Source: an uncultured bacterium (GTDB taxonomy: Bacteria; Acidobacteriota; Thermoanaerobaculia; Multivoradales; J023). Taken from it: a DNA stretch of 64,000 nucleotides. Made by a program: the position numbers and the translations under genes. The first letter of the stretch is position 1. Every line of letters begins with the position of its first letter. Under the pieces are notes generated by a model. It worked only from the letters and a program-made list of their open reading frames with translations, searched no databases and was not told the origin of the DNA. The stretch spans positions 19,482 to 83,481 of the forward strand of contig CBDUYN010000022.1 of the NCBI GenBank assembly GCA_965371445.1, read 5' to 3'. Below are positions 1 through 8,335 of this stretch, piece by piece.

Positions 1-744
1 CCCCGGCGCCTCGGCGAGCGCGAGCCCCGTACGCATCCCCGCAGACGCCATCAGGTCCCGCGGTGCCAAGTCCACCGGACAGACGTTGTCGCAGGCGTTG
101 CACTCGATGCACGAGCTCGTCTCGTTGCGGAAGTAGACGCCGAACCACTTCGCCGGCGAGACGAAGGAGTAGTAGAGCCCGATCGGACAGGCACTCTTGC
201 AGAATTCCCAGCGCCAGTAGCGTCCGTGGGCGTAGGTCAGGACGACGCTTACGAGAAGCACTCCCCAGCTCCAGGCGAGAGCCGTCCCCGAGCCACGCCA
301 AAGCACCCGCAGGTCGACCCACCAGGCCAGGGTCGAGGTCACGAGCGCCAGGCTGAAAAGCGCTCCCTCGACCTGGGCGCGCCGCAGGCCGAAGCCCTTG
401 AGGCCGGGCGTGTCGACCGCCTCGCCGAAGCGGCTCACCTGCCCCACCGGGCAGCCCCAGCCGCAGAAGAGCCGGCCGCCTACGACGTTGACCAGGAAGG
501 TCACGACGTACATCGCGCCGATGCCGACGATCACCCCCGCGAGCCCGTGCTTCAGAGGCGCCGGCTCAAAGAGCAGCGCGTGACGGCCTCCCCACAGGTC
601 GACGCGAGCGAGCCCCGAAAGCGGCACGGCGAAGAGGACCCCCAACGACACCGCCATCCCCACGGCACGCCGGCCGTCGTAGCGGTGCGCCGTGCGCCGC
701 AGAGCCCTCATCACCTTCAGCCGTCGGTTCGCCGTCCTCTTCAT
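1..744 (-). CDS. ccoG: FixG/CcoG-like membrane polyferredoxin (cbb3 oxidase accessory protein). Only the N-terminal ~248 aa are in the window; the gene runs off the 5' edge.
   Basis: Reverse-strand translation from ATG (rc of 742-744) gives MKRTANRRLKVMRAL..., then TM segments, a GRLFCGWGCP motif and a C-x2-C-x2-C-x3-CP 4Fe-4S motif (SSCIECNACDNVCPV). It lies next to the ccoNO cluster. It is absent from the ORF track because no stop is in the window. Confidence 0.75.
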   Translation of the reverse strand, partial: MKRTANRRLKVMRALRRTAHRYDGRRAVGMAVSLGVLFAVPLSGLARVDLWGGRHALLFEPAPLKHGLAGVIVGIGAMYVVTFLVNVVGGRLFCGWGCPVGQVSRFGEAVDTPGLKGFGLRRAQVEGALFSLALVTSTLAWWVDLRVLWRGSGTALAWSWGVLLVSVVLTYAHGRYWRWEFCKSACPIGLYYSFVSPAKWFGVYFRNETSSCIECNACDNVCPVDLAPRDLMASAGMRTGLALAEAPG

Positions 745-877
745 GGCCGGTACTTTATCCGATTCTCCGGCTCCGGAGCCTTGAGCCGCGCGGCCGATCT
801 GCGTAGACTACCTTCCCGCCCAGTGGAGTGGGACACCCCCCTTTCCTTGAACCGCCCGAGGACCGACGGCAGGCAAG

Positions 878-1477
878 ATGGACGCAACGACCCGACAACA
901 GATCACAGAACACCTCGACGCCATCCGCGAGCTCGAAGCGCAAGCCGCCGCGGAACAGGAGCCCCAGAGCTGGCCTCCGGACCGTTTCTACCTGCTCTGG
1001 CACATCGTCATCGGGTTGTTGCTCGGCGCCTTCGGGTCGCTCGTCAGCCTCGCCGTGAACGTCCTCGGCGCGCCGCTTTTCGGGCGGCACCCGCTGGAGC
1101 TGATCCGCGTCTACCTGACGTTCCCGATGGGGGCCGAGGCGCTCATCGTCGAGGAGGGCGTGGTGCTCTTCGTGGGGTGCATGCTCTACCTGGTGACCGG
1201 CGCCCTCTACGGCATCCTCTTCCACCTGGTCATGACCCTCTACTTCGCCGACGCCTCGAAGGGCAAACGCTTTCTCGTGGCCTCGGCCATCGGCCTGGCG
1301 CTCTGGGTGATCAACTTCTACCTGATCATCAGCTGGCTGCAGCCGATACTTCTGGACGACAACTGGATCATACGCCTCATCCCCTGGTGGGTGGGCGCGG
1401 GGACCCACCTGGCGTTTGCCTGGACCGTGTTGATCGGTGAGCTCTGGGGCCGTTTCGAGGTCGATCGGGGCGCCTAG
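878..1477 (+). CDS. Hypothetical integral membrane protein (about 4 TM helices), divergent from ccoG
   Basis: The 199-aa ORF has hydrophobic helices (LLWHIVIGLLLGAFGSLVSLAV, VVLFVGCMLYLVTGALYGILFHLV, LVASAIGLALWVINFYLIISWL). Reading frame and codon usage look native. Confidence 0.6.
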   Translation: MDATTRQQITEHLDAIRELEAQAAAEQEPQSWPPDRFYLLWHIVIGLLLGAFGSLVSLAVNVLGAPLFGRHPLELIRVYLTFPMGAEALIVEEGVVLFVGCMLYLVTGALYGILFHLVMTLYFADASKGKRFLVASAIGLALWVINFYLIISWLQPILLDDNWIIRLIPWWVGAGTHLAFAWTVLIGELWGRFEVDRGA

Positions 1478-1522
1478 ACGACGGCAAGCCATCCCTCGAA
1501 GAGTCTTCGGACGAGGAGCACT

Positions 1523-2593
1523 ATGAGCGAGATCGCGATCGGGAAACGGCAGGTTGGACGGAGGTGGGCGGCGCCGATCCTGGCCCTCACCCTGGGGGCG
1601 TTCCTCCTCTCCTGCGCCGCAGAAGCCCCCCCTGCCCCCACCGCGGAAGCCGCTGCTTCGGAAACCGCCGACACCGGCACGCCCCTGGAGTACCAGGAAT
1701 TTGAAACCGCGCCGCCCGGAGGGAGCTACAACCAGAGGGCGAACCTCGTCCAACGCGGCCACCGGGTCTACCGCAAGTACTGCATCGGCTGCCACGGCGA
1801 GTACGGCAACGGCCAGGGACCGGCCGCGAAACGCCTCATCACCCAGCCGCGTGACTTCACGAAGGGCATCTACAAGTTCCGCTCCACCGATTCCGGCAGC
1901 CTGCCGCTCGAAGAGGACCTCTACCGCACCATCACCCGCGGCCTCTCGCGGGTCTCCATGCCGGCTTTTCCGCTGATGCCCGAGAACGAGAAGCTCGCCC
2001 TGATCGAGTACCTGAAGACTTTTTACCCCCGCTGGGAAGACGAGAAAGACGACCGCCGCGTCGTGCCGATCCCCCGCGCCCCCGAGGACATCGGCTCCGA
2101 GGAGCGGATGATGCGGGGACGCGTCGTCTATCTCGGCATGCAGTGCCTCAAATGCCACGGCACCGACGGCCGCGGCACCGGCGCCACCCAGAAGGAGTAC
2201 GTCGACTCCTGGGGCCACCCGCAGAAGGCTTTCGACTTCACCCGCGGGTCGCTCAAGGGAGGCAACGCCCCCGAGGACATCTACCGCACCTTCCACACCG
2301 GGCTGCGCTCGATCATGCCGTCCTTCGGCGGCGACACCCTCTCGGCGGTCACCGCCGACACGATCCCGGGGTTCGCCGAACAGGCCGGCCTGAGCGGCGA
2401 GATGGCCCGGCTCGAGCCCTACCTCGCCGAGTTCCCGGCCGACGGCGACGCCCTTTACTCTGCGATGAGCGAATCCGAAAGGCTCGAGCTCGCCGCACGC
2501 AACAGCTGGGACCTGGTGGCCTACATCCTTTCCCTGCGCACCACCGTCAACACCGCACCGGCTGTCTTGGGCAGCAGGTTGGCGGACGGCTAG
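1523..2593 (+). CDS. Diheme c-type cytochrome lipoprotein (CcoP-like), upstream of ccoN
   Basis: Two CxxCH haem-binding motifs (CIGCHGEY and CLKCHGTDG). N-terminal signal peptide with lipobox (LLSCAA). 356 aa. Confidence 0.8.
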   Translation: MSEIAIGKRQVGRRWAAPILALTLGAFLLSCAAEAPPAPTAEAAASETADTGTPLEYQEFETAPPGGSYNQRANLVQRGHRVYRKYCIGCHGEYGNGQGPAAKRLITQPRDFTKGIYKFRSTDSGSLPLEEDLYRTITRGLSRVSMPAFPLMPENEKLALIEYLKTFYPRWEDEKDDRRVVPIPRAPEDIGSEERMMRGRVVYLGMQCLKCHGTDGRGTGATQKEYVDSWGHPQKAFDFTRGSLKGGNAPEDIYRTFHTGLRSIMPSFGGDTLSAVTADTIPGFAEQAGLSGEMARLEPYLAEFPADGDALYSAMSESERLELAARNSWDLVAYILSLRTTVNTAPAVLGSRLADG

Positions 2594-2609
2594 AGGAGCT
2601 GCTGAGTCG

Positions 2610-4067
2610 ATGAGCGAACCCACCCAAACCGAAGCCCACACGGAGGGCGCCGCCGAGAGGAGCGCGCCGGCGACGTCGCTGGTCAACTACGGCGTCGTCA
2701 AATGGCACGTCATCGCCGGTGTCTTCTGGCTCTCGATCGCGCTCGTAGCGGGGCTGCTCTACTCGCTCCAACTCCTCCAGTACTGGCCGCTGCCCAAGAT
2801 CGCCGTCCTCTCGCCGGGCAGGATCCGGTTCATCCACACCAACATGATCGCCTTCGGGTTCCTGACCAACTCGTTCCTGGCGATGCTCTACTGGACCGTG
2901 CCGCGCCTGACCGGCAAACGCGTCGCCTCGAAGACCCTCGGTTGGGTGATCCTCGTGGCCTGGAACGCCATCATGGCCTTGACCTACGTGGGCCTTCACC
3001 TCGGCGAAGCGCAGGCGGTCGAGTGGGGCGAGACCCCCGTCTGGGTCGATCCCTTGGTCGTCGTCGGCGCGGTCCTCATCTGGATCCAGTTCTATCCGCC
3101 GATCATCCGGACGGCGGAAAAAGCGCTCTACGTCTCTTTGTGGTACTTCTCAGCCGGTTTCGTCTGGCTCGGCCTGACTTACATCATGGGGAACTTCTTC
3201 CCGCAGTACCTGGTCGCCGGCAACGCCGCGGGACCGCTTCTCGGGCTTTACATTCACGACCTCGTGGGCCTCTGGGTGACGCCCATGGGCTGGGGCATGA
3301 TGTACTTTTTCGTGCCGATCATCTTGAAAAAGCCCATCTGGTCGCACGCGCTTTCGCTCGTCGGCTTCTGGGGGCTCGCCTTTTTTTACCCGCTCCAGGG
3401 CGTTCACCACTTCCTGGGCTCGCCGATCCCGATGTTCGCCCAGTACTCGGCAATCGTCTCGACGATCGCGATCGAGATCGTGGTGACGACGGTCATCATC
3501 AACTTCTTCATGACCTGGAAAGGCAGCGACGCCTCGCTTCGGACCTCGATTCCGCTCCGCTGGTTCTGGGTCGGAGCGCTCGCCTACACGATCACCTGCT
3601 TCCAGTGCGCGTTTCAGGTGACCCTGACGTTCCAGCAGGTGATCCACTTCACCGACTGGGTCGTAGGGCACGCCCACCTGGTCATGTTCGGAGTCTTTAC
3701 CTTCTGGATCTTCGGCATGGTCGAGCACCTGTGGCCAAAGCTCGTCGGCCAGGAATGGTGGAGCGAGGGGCTAAGGCGTTGGGCTTTCTGGCTGATCGCC
3801 CTGGGCCTCGGCTCGATGTTCCTGGCCCTGACCGCGGGCGGGCTCATCGAAGGCTTCATGTCGATGAACCTCGTGCCGCGCGAGACCATTCTCCAGACCA
3901 TGCGCCCGTTCTGGATCGTGCGCTCCATAACCGGGGTCATGATCATCACCGGGTTTACCTGTTTGGTGGTCAACATGATCGCCACGGCAAGAGCCCGGGT
4001 CGCCGCACACGTCGACACCGAATACGCTGCCTACGAAAAGGAGGAGGTGGCCGTTGGAACGGTTTAG
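2610..4067 (+). CDS. ccoN: cbb3-type cytochrome c oxidase subunit I (CcoN, haem-copper oxidase C-family)
   Basis: 485-aa polytopic membrane protein with about 12 predicted helices and conserved His ligand pairs (GVHHFLG, VVGHAHLVMFG). ccoO follows immediately. Confidence 0.88.
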   Translation: MSEPTQTEAHTEGAAERSAPATSLVNYGVVKWHVIAGVFWLSIALVAGLLYSLQLLQYWPLPKIAVLSPGRIRFIHTNMIAFGFLTNSFLAMLYWTVPRLTGKRVASKTLGWVILVAWNAIMALTYVGLHLGEAQAVEWGETPVWVDPLVVVGAVLIWIQFYPPIIRTAEKALYVSLWYFSAGFVWLGLTYIMGNFFPQYLVAGNAAGPLLGLYIHDLVGLWVTPMGWGMMYFFVPIILKKPIWSHALSLVGFWGLAFFYPLQGVHHFLGSPIPMFAQYSAIVSTIAIEIVVTTVIINFFMTWKGSDASLRTSIPLRWFWVGALAYTITCFQCAFQVTLTFQQVIHFTDWVVGHAHLVMFGVFTFWIFGMVEHLWPKLVGQEWWSEGLRRWAFWLIALGLGSMFLALTAGGLIEGFMSMNLVPRETILQTMRPFWIVRSITGVMIITGFTCLVVNMIATARARVAAHVDTEYAAYEKEEVAVGTV

Positions 4068-4818
4068 CTTCATCTTCCTGGTTGCCGGGCTCTTTTTCTT
4101 CGCCCTGGCTTTCGTGGTCAGCGGCTATTTCCCGATGATTCCCGTCCAGCACCTGGAGGTGCGGACGTTGGAGCAGCTGGCCGCGGTGCAGCCGCTCGAA
4201 TTCCTCGAGCTTCAGGAACAGTATCCCGAGGCCTATGAGAAGGCCTTCGGCGGCATGAGCGACGCCGAGGCTTTCGCGGAAGCGCTCAAGGTCGGGCACA
4301 AGACCTACGTCGGCGAAGGCTGCTGGCATTGCCATAGCCAGCAGATCCGTCCCTGGGGCAACGACGAGGCGCGCTACGGCCGCAGGAGCTACCCCGAGGA
4401 GTACCACAACGAGCTCAACATGCCGCCGCTCTGGGGCACCCGGCGGATCGGTCCCGACTTGATCCGCCGCGGCGGCAAACAATCCAACGACTGGCACGTC
4501 GCCCACTTCTACCACCCGCCCGACGTCAACCCCATGAGCGTCATGCCCTCCTACCCGTGGTTTCTTGAGAACGACGGCCTGACCCCAAACAAAACGGGGC
4601 TTTCGATCATCTCCTACGTCCAGTGGCTCGGCAGCTGGGAGCCGACGATCCGCGAAACCGTCTACGAGATCCCCTACATCGAGGCGAGCTATCCGCCCTC
4701 CGACGTCGCGGTTCCCGTTTCGCCCGAGGCCGCGGCCCCAAAAGGCGAGGAAGACATCTGGGGCGAGGACGCTGGAGAAGGCGAGGAAGAAAGCGACTTC
4801 TGGGACGAGGAGCAGTAG
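4054..4818 (+). CDS. ccoO: cbb3-type cytochrome c oxidase subunit II (CcoO, monohaem)
   Basis: N-terminal TM helix plus the YVGEGCWHCHSQQIRP motif, which matches the CcoO GCxxCHSQ(M)VR signature. TTG start at 4054 with RBS AAGGAGGAGG 8 nt upstream. Overlaps ccoN by 14 nt. Confidence 0.88.
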   Translation: MERFSFIFLVAGLFFFALAFVVSGYFPMIPVQHLEVRTLEQLAAVQPLEFLELQEQYPEAYEKAFGGMSDAEAFAEALKVGHKTYVGEGCWHCHSQQIRPWGNDEARYGRRSYPEEYHNELNMPPLWGTRRIGPDLIRRGGKQSNDWHVAHFYHPPDVNPMSVMPSYPWFLENDGLTPNKTGLSIISYVQWLGSWEPTIRETVYEIPYIEASYPPSDVAVPVSPEAAAPKGEEDIWGEDAGEGEEESDFWDEEQ

Positions 4819-4820
4819 CC

Positions 4821-5174
4821 ATGACCGATGCCAAGACGCTCCATCCGGCCACGAGCTCGACCTCGCCGCAGGTGCGGCGGTTCCTGTGGGTTTTTTCCGT
4901 CGCGATGGTGCTGATCGCCGGGTCGGCTTTTCTTTTCAAGCTGATCGAGTTCTACACCATCGCCACGACCCACGGACCCGATGCGCTGGGATCCTTTCTC
5001 ATCCCGGTGGCCAACTACCTCCTGGTGGCGGCAGGTTTTTTCTGCCTCTTCCTGTGGGCCTACGTGAGCGGTCAGTTCCGCGACGTGGAAGCGCCCAAGT
5101 ACCGGATGCTTGAGATGCAAGACGAAATCGACCGCGAAGAAGAAAAAAGCAAGAGGATGGACCTCCATGGCTGA
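4821..5174 (+). CDS. Small two-TM membrane protein in the cco operon (CcoQ-like or unknown)
   Basis: ATG at 4821, 3 nt after the ccoO stop. 117 aa with two hydrophobic helices (FLWVFSVAMVLIAGSAFLF, LLVAAGFFCLFLWAYV). Confidence 0.6.
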   Translation: MTDAKTLHPATSSTSPQVRRFLWVFSVAMVLIAGSAFLFKLIEFYTIATTHGPDALGSFLIPVANYLLVAAGFFCLFLWAYVSGQFRDVEAPKYRMLEMQDEIDREEEKSKRMDLHG

Positions 5175-5319
5175 TGAGCAGCAGGAAGCGAAACCGTTTC
5201 GCCGGCACAAGTTCCTGACCTACCAGGGCTACGCGTTCCCCTGGTACGCCACGTTGATCTGGATTGCCTATTTCGTCGGCGGCCTGATCTACCTGGTCAA
5301 GAACGTCCTCTTGAACTAA
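5167..5319 (+). CDS. Small single-TM membrane protein (50 aa; CcoS/FixS-like maturation-protein candidate)
   Basis: Its ATG overlaps the preceding stop (ATGGCTGA). Sequence MADEQQEAKPFRRHKFLTYQGYAFPWYATLIWIAYFVGGLIYLVKNVLLN contains one TM helix. It sits directly upstream of ccoI. Confidence 0.5.
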   Translation: MADEQQEAKPFRRHKFLTYQGYAFPWYATLIWIAYFVGGLIYLVKNVLLN

Positions 5320-5323
5320 GGCC

Positions 5324-7402
5324 GTGTCCACGGACGCCGGCAGCTCCGGGGCTTGCCTCCACTGCGCTCTGCCGATCCCCCCGAGTCGGCGCCGCGGCGA
5401 AGCCCCCGGCTTCTGCTGCTTCGGTTGCCGCTTCGCCTACGAGGTCGCGCAGCCGTCGGCACGCGGCGAGGAAGGCGGAACACCCTCGACGCTCCTCCTG
5501 CGCCTCGGCCTCGGCATCTTCCTGGCCTTAAACATCATGGTTGCGAGCTGGCTCGGCTACTCGCAGGAGGTCTTCGGTGACGCCGCCCGCGCCGAAGGCG
5601 CCTACACGGCCCTTACCGGGCTCTTCAGCTACCTCGCCTTTTTCCTCTGCACGGTCGTCATCGCCCTCCTCGGCTTGAACCTCCTCGCCGACGCGCTCTT
5701 AAACCTCGCCCGGGGCCGGGTCGAGACCCAGCTCCTGATCGCCGTTGGCGTCTTCTCCGCCTACGGCCTTTCCGCCGTCAACACCTTTCGCGGCGAGGGC
5801 AGCCTCTACTTCGACACCGCCGCCATGGTGCTGGTCGTCGTCACCCTCGGCAGCTACCTCGAAGCGGGGGCCCGGCAGCGCGCGGCGTCCTCGGCGAGCG
5901 CGCTGCTGACGGACCTCCCCAGCCGGGTGCTCGTCGAACGCCGGGGCGAGCTCGTCGAAGCAGCGACGGAGGAGCTCGGCAAGGGCGACGTCGTGGTCGT
6001 GCGTCCCGGCGAGACGGTACCGGCCGACGGACGCCTCGTCGCGGGGACGGGCCACGTCGACGAAGCGAGCCTGACGGGCGAGTCGCGCCCGCGCCCGGTC
6101 GAGCCCGGCGATCCGCTCCTTGCCGGCACGGTCAGCCTCGACGGCCAGCTGCGCATGGAGGCCGAGCAGGTCGGCGAGGACCGGGTGCTGGCGCTCGTCG
6201 AACGTTCCCTCGCCGCGGCTCGGGCACAGAAACCGCCGATCCAGCGCCTGGCCGACCGCGTCGCCGCCGTCTTCGTGCCGGGCGTCGTCCTCCTGGCGCT
6301 CGCGGTCTTCGGCTACCGGGCGTTGCAAGGCGAGGCCGCGGCCGGCATGCTCCAGGGGCTCGCGGTGCTCCTCATCAGCTGCCCCTGTGCCCTCGGCCTG
6401 GCGGCGCCGCTCGCCTCCTGGCACGCGCTCCGCCGGGCCGCGGAATACGGCATCCTGATCGACTCCCCCGCCACCTTGGAACGCGCGGCGGCGGTCCGGC
6501 AAGTCTTTTTCGACAAGACCGGCACCTTGACGCGTCCCGAGCTCGACCTCGAACGGGCGACGGCGGCGCCCGGCGTCGATTCGCGGGAAGCCCTGGCGTG
6601 GGCCGCGAGCCTCGAAGCCGCGTCGACCCACCCGATCGCCCGCGCGCTCGTCGCCCACGCGGCGGAGCACGGCATCGTGCCAGAGGCCCTCGACGAGGCG
6701 TCAAACGTCCCGGGCCTGGGCGTCGAGGGACGCCTCGGGGGACAATGGCTCCGCCTGGGCAGCGTCCGCTGGGCCGAGCGCCTGGGTCTTGACATCAGCG
6801 CCCTGGCGGACGACGCGGACGACGACGCCAGCAAGGTCGTCCTGATGGACGATCACCGTCCGTTGGCGCGTTTCGACCTCAAGGAAGCGCCGCGTCCCGA
6901 GGCGGAGGCGGTGATCGCGGAGCTTCGGCGTACGGGAATTGACGTGGCGGTCCTAAGCGGCGACCGCGCAGGGGCGACGGCACGGCTCGCGGCACGGCTC
7001 GGTGTGACGGCGACCGGCGACCTCTTGCCCGGCGAGAAGGTCGAACGCCTCGTCGCCGCGCGCGGCGAAGGACGCCTGGCGATGGTCGGCGACGGCCTGA
7101 ACGACGCGCCGGTCCTGGCCGCCGCCGACGTCGGCATCGCCTTGGGCTCGGCGAGCGATCTCGCCAAGCGCTCCGGCAACGTGCGGCTCGTCGCCGACCG
7201 GCTCGACCGCGTCCCGCTTCTCTTCGCCCTCGCCCGCGACGCGCGGCGGCGGATCCGCTGGAACCTCGCCTGGGCCTTCGGCTTCAACACGGTCGGGATA
7301 GCGCTCGCCGTCGCCGGGACGCTGACGCCGATCTTCGCGGCGGTCGCGATGGTCCTCTCCAGCCTCATGGTGGTGCGGATCTCGAGCCGCGCCGGGGCCT
7401 GA
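5324..7402 (+). CDS. ccoI: Copper-translocating P1B-type ATPase (CcoI/FixI)
   Basis: GTG start. Motifs: N-terminal Cys-rich region (CLHCALP...CCFGC), CPC metal-transduction motif (SCPCALGLA), DKTGTLT phosphorylation site and GDGLNDAPVL hinge. 692 aa. Confidence 0.9.
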   Translation: MSTDAGSSGACLHCALPIPPSRRRGEAPGFCCFGCRFAYEVAQPSARGEEGGTPSTLLLRLGLGIFLALNIMVASWLGYSQEVFGDAARAEGAYTALTGLFSYLAFFLCTVVIALLGLNLLADALLNLARGRVETQLLIAVGVFSAYGLSAVNTFRGEGSLYFDTAAMVLVVVTLGSYLEAGARQRAASSASALLTDLPSRVLVERRGELVEAATEELGKGDVVVVRPGETVPADGRLVAGTGHVDEASLTGESRPRPVEPGDPLLAGTVSLDGQLRMEAEQVGEDRVLALVERSLAAARAQKPPIQRLADRVAAVFVPGVVLLALAVFGYRALQGEAAAGMLQGLAVLLISCPCALGLAAPLASWHALRRAAEYGILIDSPATLERAAAVRQVFFDKTGTLTRPELDLERATAAPGVDSREALAWAASLEAASTHPIARALVAHAAEHGIVPEALDEASNVPGLGVEGRLGGQWLRLGSVRWAERLGLDISALADDADDDASKVVLMDDHRPLARFDLKEAPRPEAEAVIAELRRTGIDVAVLSGDRAGATARLAARLGVTATGDLLPGEKVERLVAARGEGRLAMVGDGLNDAPVLAAADVGIALGSASDLAKRSGNVRLVADRLDRVPLLFALARDARRRIRWNLAWAFGFNTVGIALAVAGTLTPIFAAVAMVLSSLMVVRISSRAGA

Positions 7403-7488
7403 CAGCGATGCGGCACGAGGACGATCAGGAGGACGGAAGAAGAGAGACGCCATCTCGACCCGCGCCGGAGGGTGAGGGGGCTTGGCCG

Positions 7489-8034
7489 TCAAGGTTGCCA
7501 GAGCTCGTCGCCCTCGCGGACGACCAGCCAGAGCCTCTGTAAGGCGCCGGTGACTCCGGGAAGGACGCCCGCGAAAATCTCAAGGCAAAGCTCCGGCGCC
7601 ATGCGTCCATGGCGGGTCCCCAGAAGCGGCAGGGCAAGCGCCGTAAGACGGCGCTTCTCGACGATCGCGAACACCTCGGCGAAAGCGCTCCGAATCCAGT
7701 CCTCGTGCCAGGTCGGATCTTCGGCGAGGTCGTGGACCACGGCCAGCAACCGCAGCGGACGCCCTTCCCGAACGATGACCGTCCCCGGCGCGACGCCACG
7801 CTCCTCAAGCACGGCCGTCATCACCCGAATCGGATGCTCCGGAGGATCAGGAAGCCGTGCCGGGGCGCTCAGGACCAGGTGCGTGTCCTCCTCGAAGACT
7901 TGGGCGTCGACCGCAAACGGCGGTGCCGTCTCCGGAGCGGCGGCGATGCACAGCGCCGGAGCTTCGCCGCGGAAGCCCTGCAACGTCTTCGGATCGCGTC
8001 CGCCACGGATCAGCCGCCAGTCCTGCCGTCTCAT
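7489..8034 (-). CDS. Hypothetical cytoplasmic protein (macro-domain-like C-terminal half; tentative)
   Basis: 181-aa ORF with plausible codon usage, ending ...LWLVVREGDELWQP. No strong motif recognised. Confidence 0.45.
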   Translation of the reverse strand: MRRQDWRLIRGGRDPKTLQGFRGEAPALCIAAAPETAPPFAVDAQVFEEDTHLVLSAPARLPDPPEHPIRVMTAVLEERGVAPGTVIVREGRPLRLLAVVHDLAEDPTWHEDWIRSAFAEVFAIVEKRRLTALALPLLGTRHGRMAPELCLEIFAGVLPGVTGALQRLWLVVREGDELWQP

Positions 8035-8335
8035 TCTCGTCCAGGGGCCACCTGTTCAATGCGCGTCGAGGTACGCGTCGATCCTCTCAGCGGGAGCCTC
8101 CCCGGCGTTCGACGCCGCCGCGGGGATCACCGCGGCAAGGAGGAGAATACGGGTTTCGGTCTTCAAGGCAGGATGAATCATGGTCACGCTCCGAGGCTTC
8201 GTCGTTTTGCAGGTCCCTACGCGAAGCCCCCTCCGAAGGTTTCGCGGTGTTGGGAGTCCAGCCCTTGCCCTGACGGCAAATGTTCTGTTAACATTCTCGC
8301 TCTGCTCACATCGTCCCGACCAGGAGGTTCGAGAG

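Noticed and set aside
755-2686. 643-aa ORF on the minus strand spanning the diheme cytochrome gene
   Set aside because: Antisense to well-supported genes; its R/G/A-rich low-complexity translation is typical of spurious high-GC ORFs.
8056-8180. Small minus-strand ORF encoding a ~40-aa signal-peptide-like peptide (MIHPALKTETRILLLAAVIPAAASNAGEAPAERIDAYLDAH)
   Set aside because: Plausible secreted peptide but too short and without context to support a feature call; the longer track ORF containing it (8056-8625) is Arg/Ser-rich nonsense.
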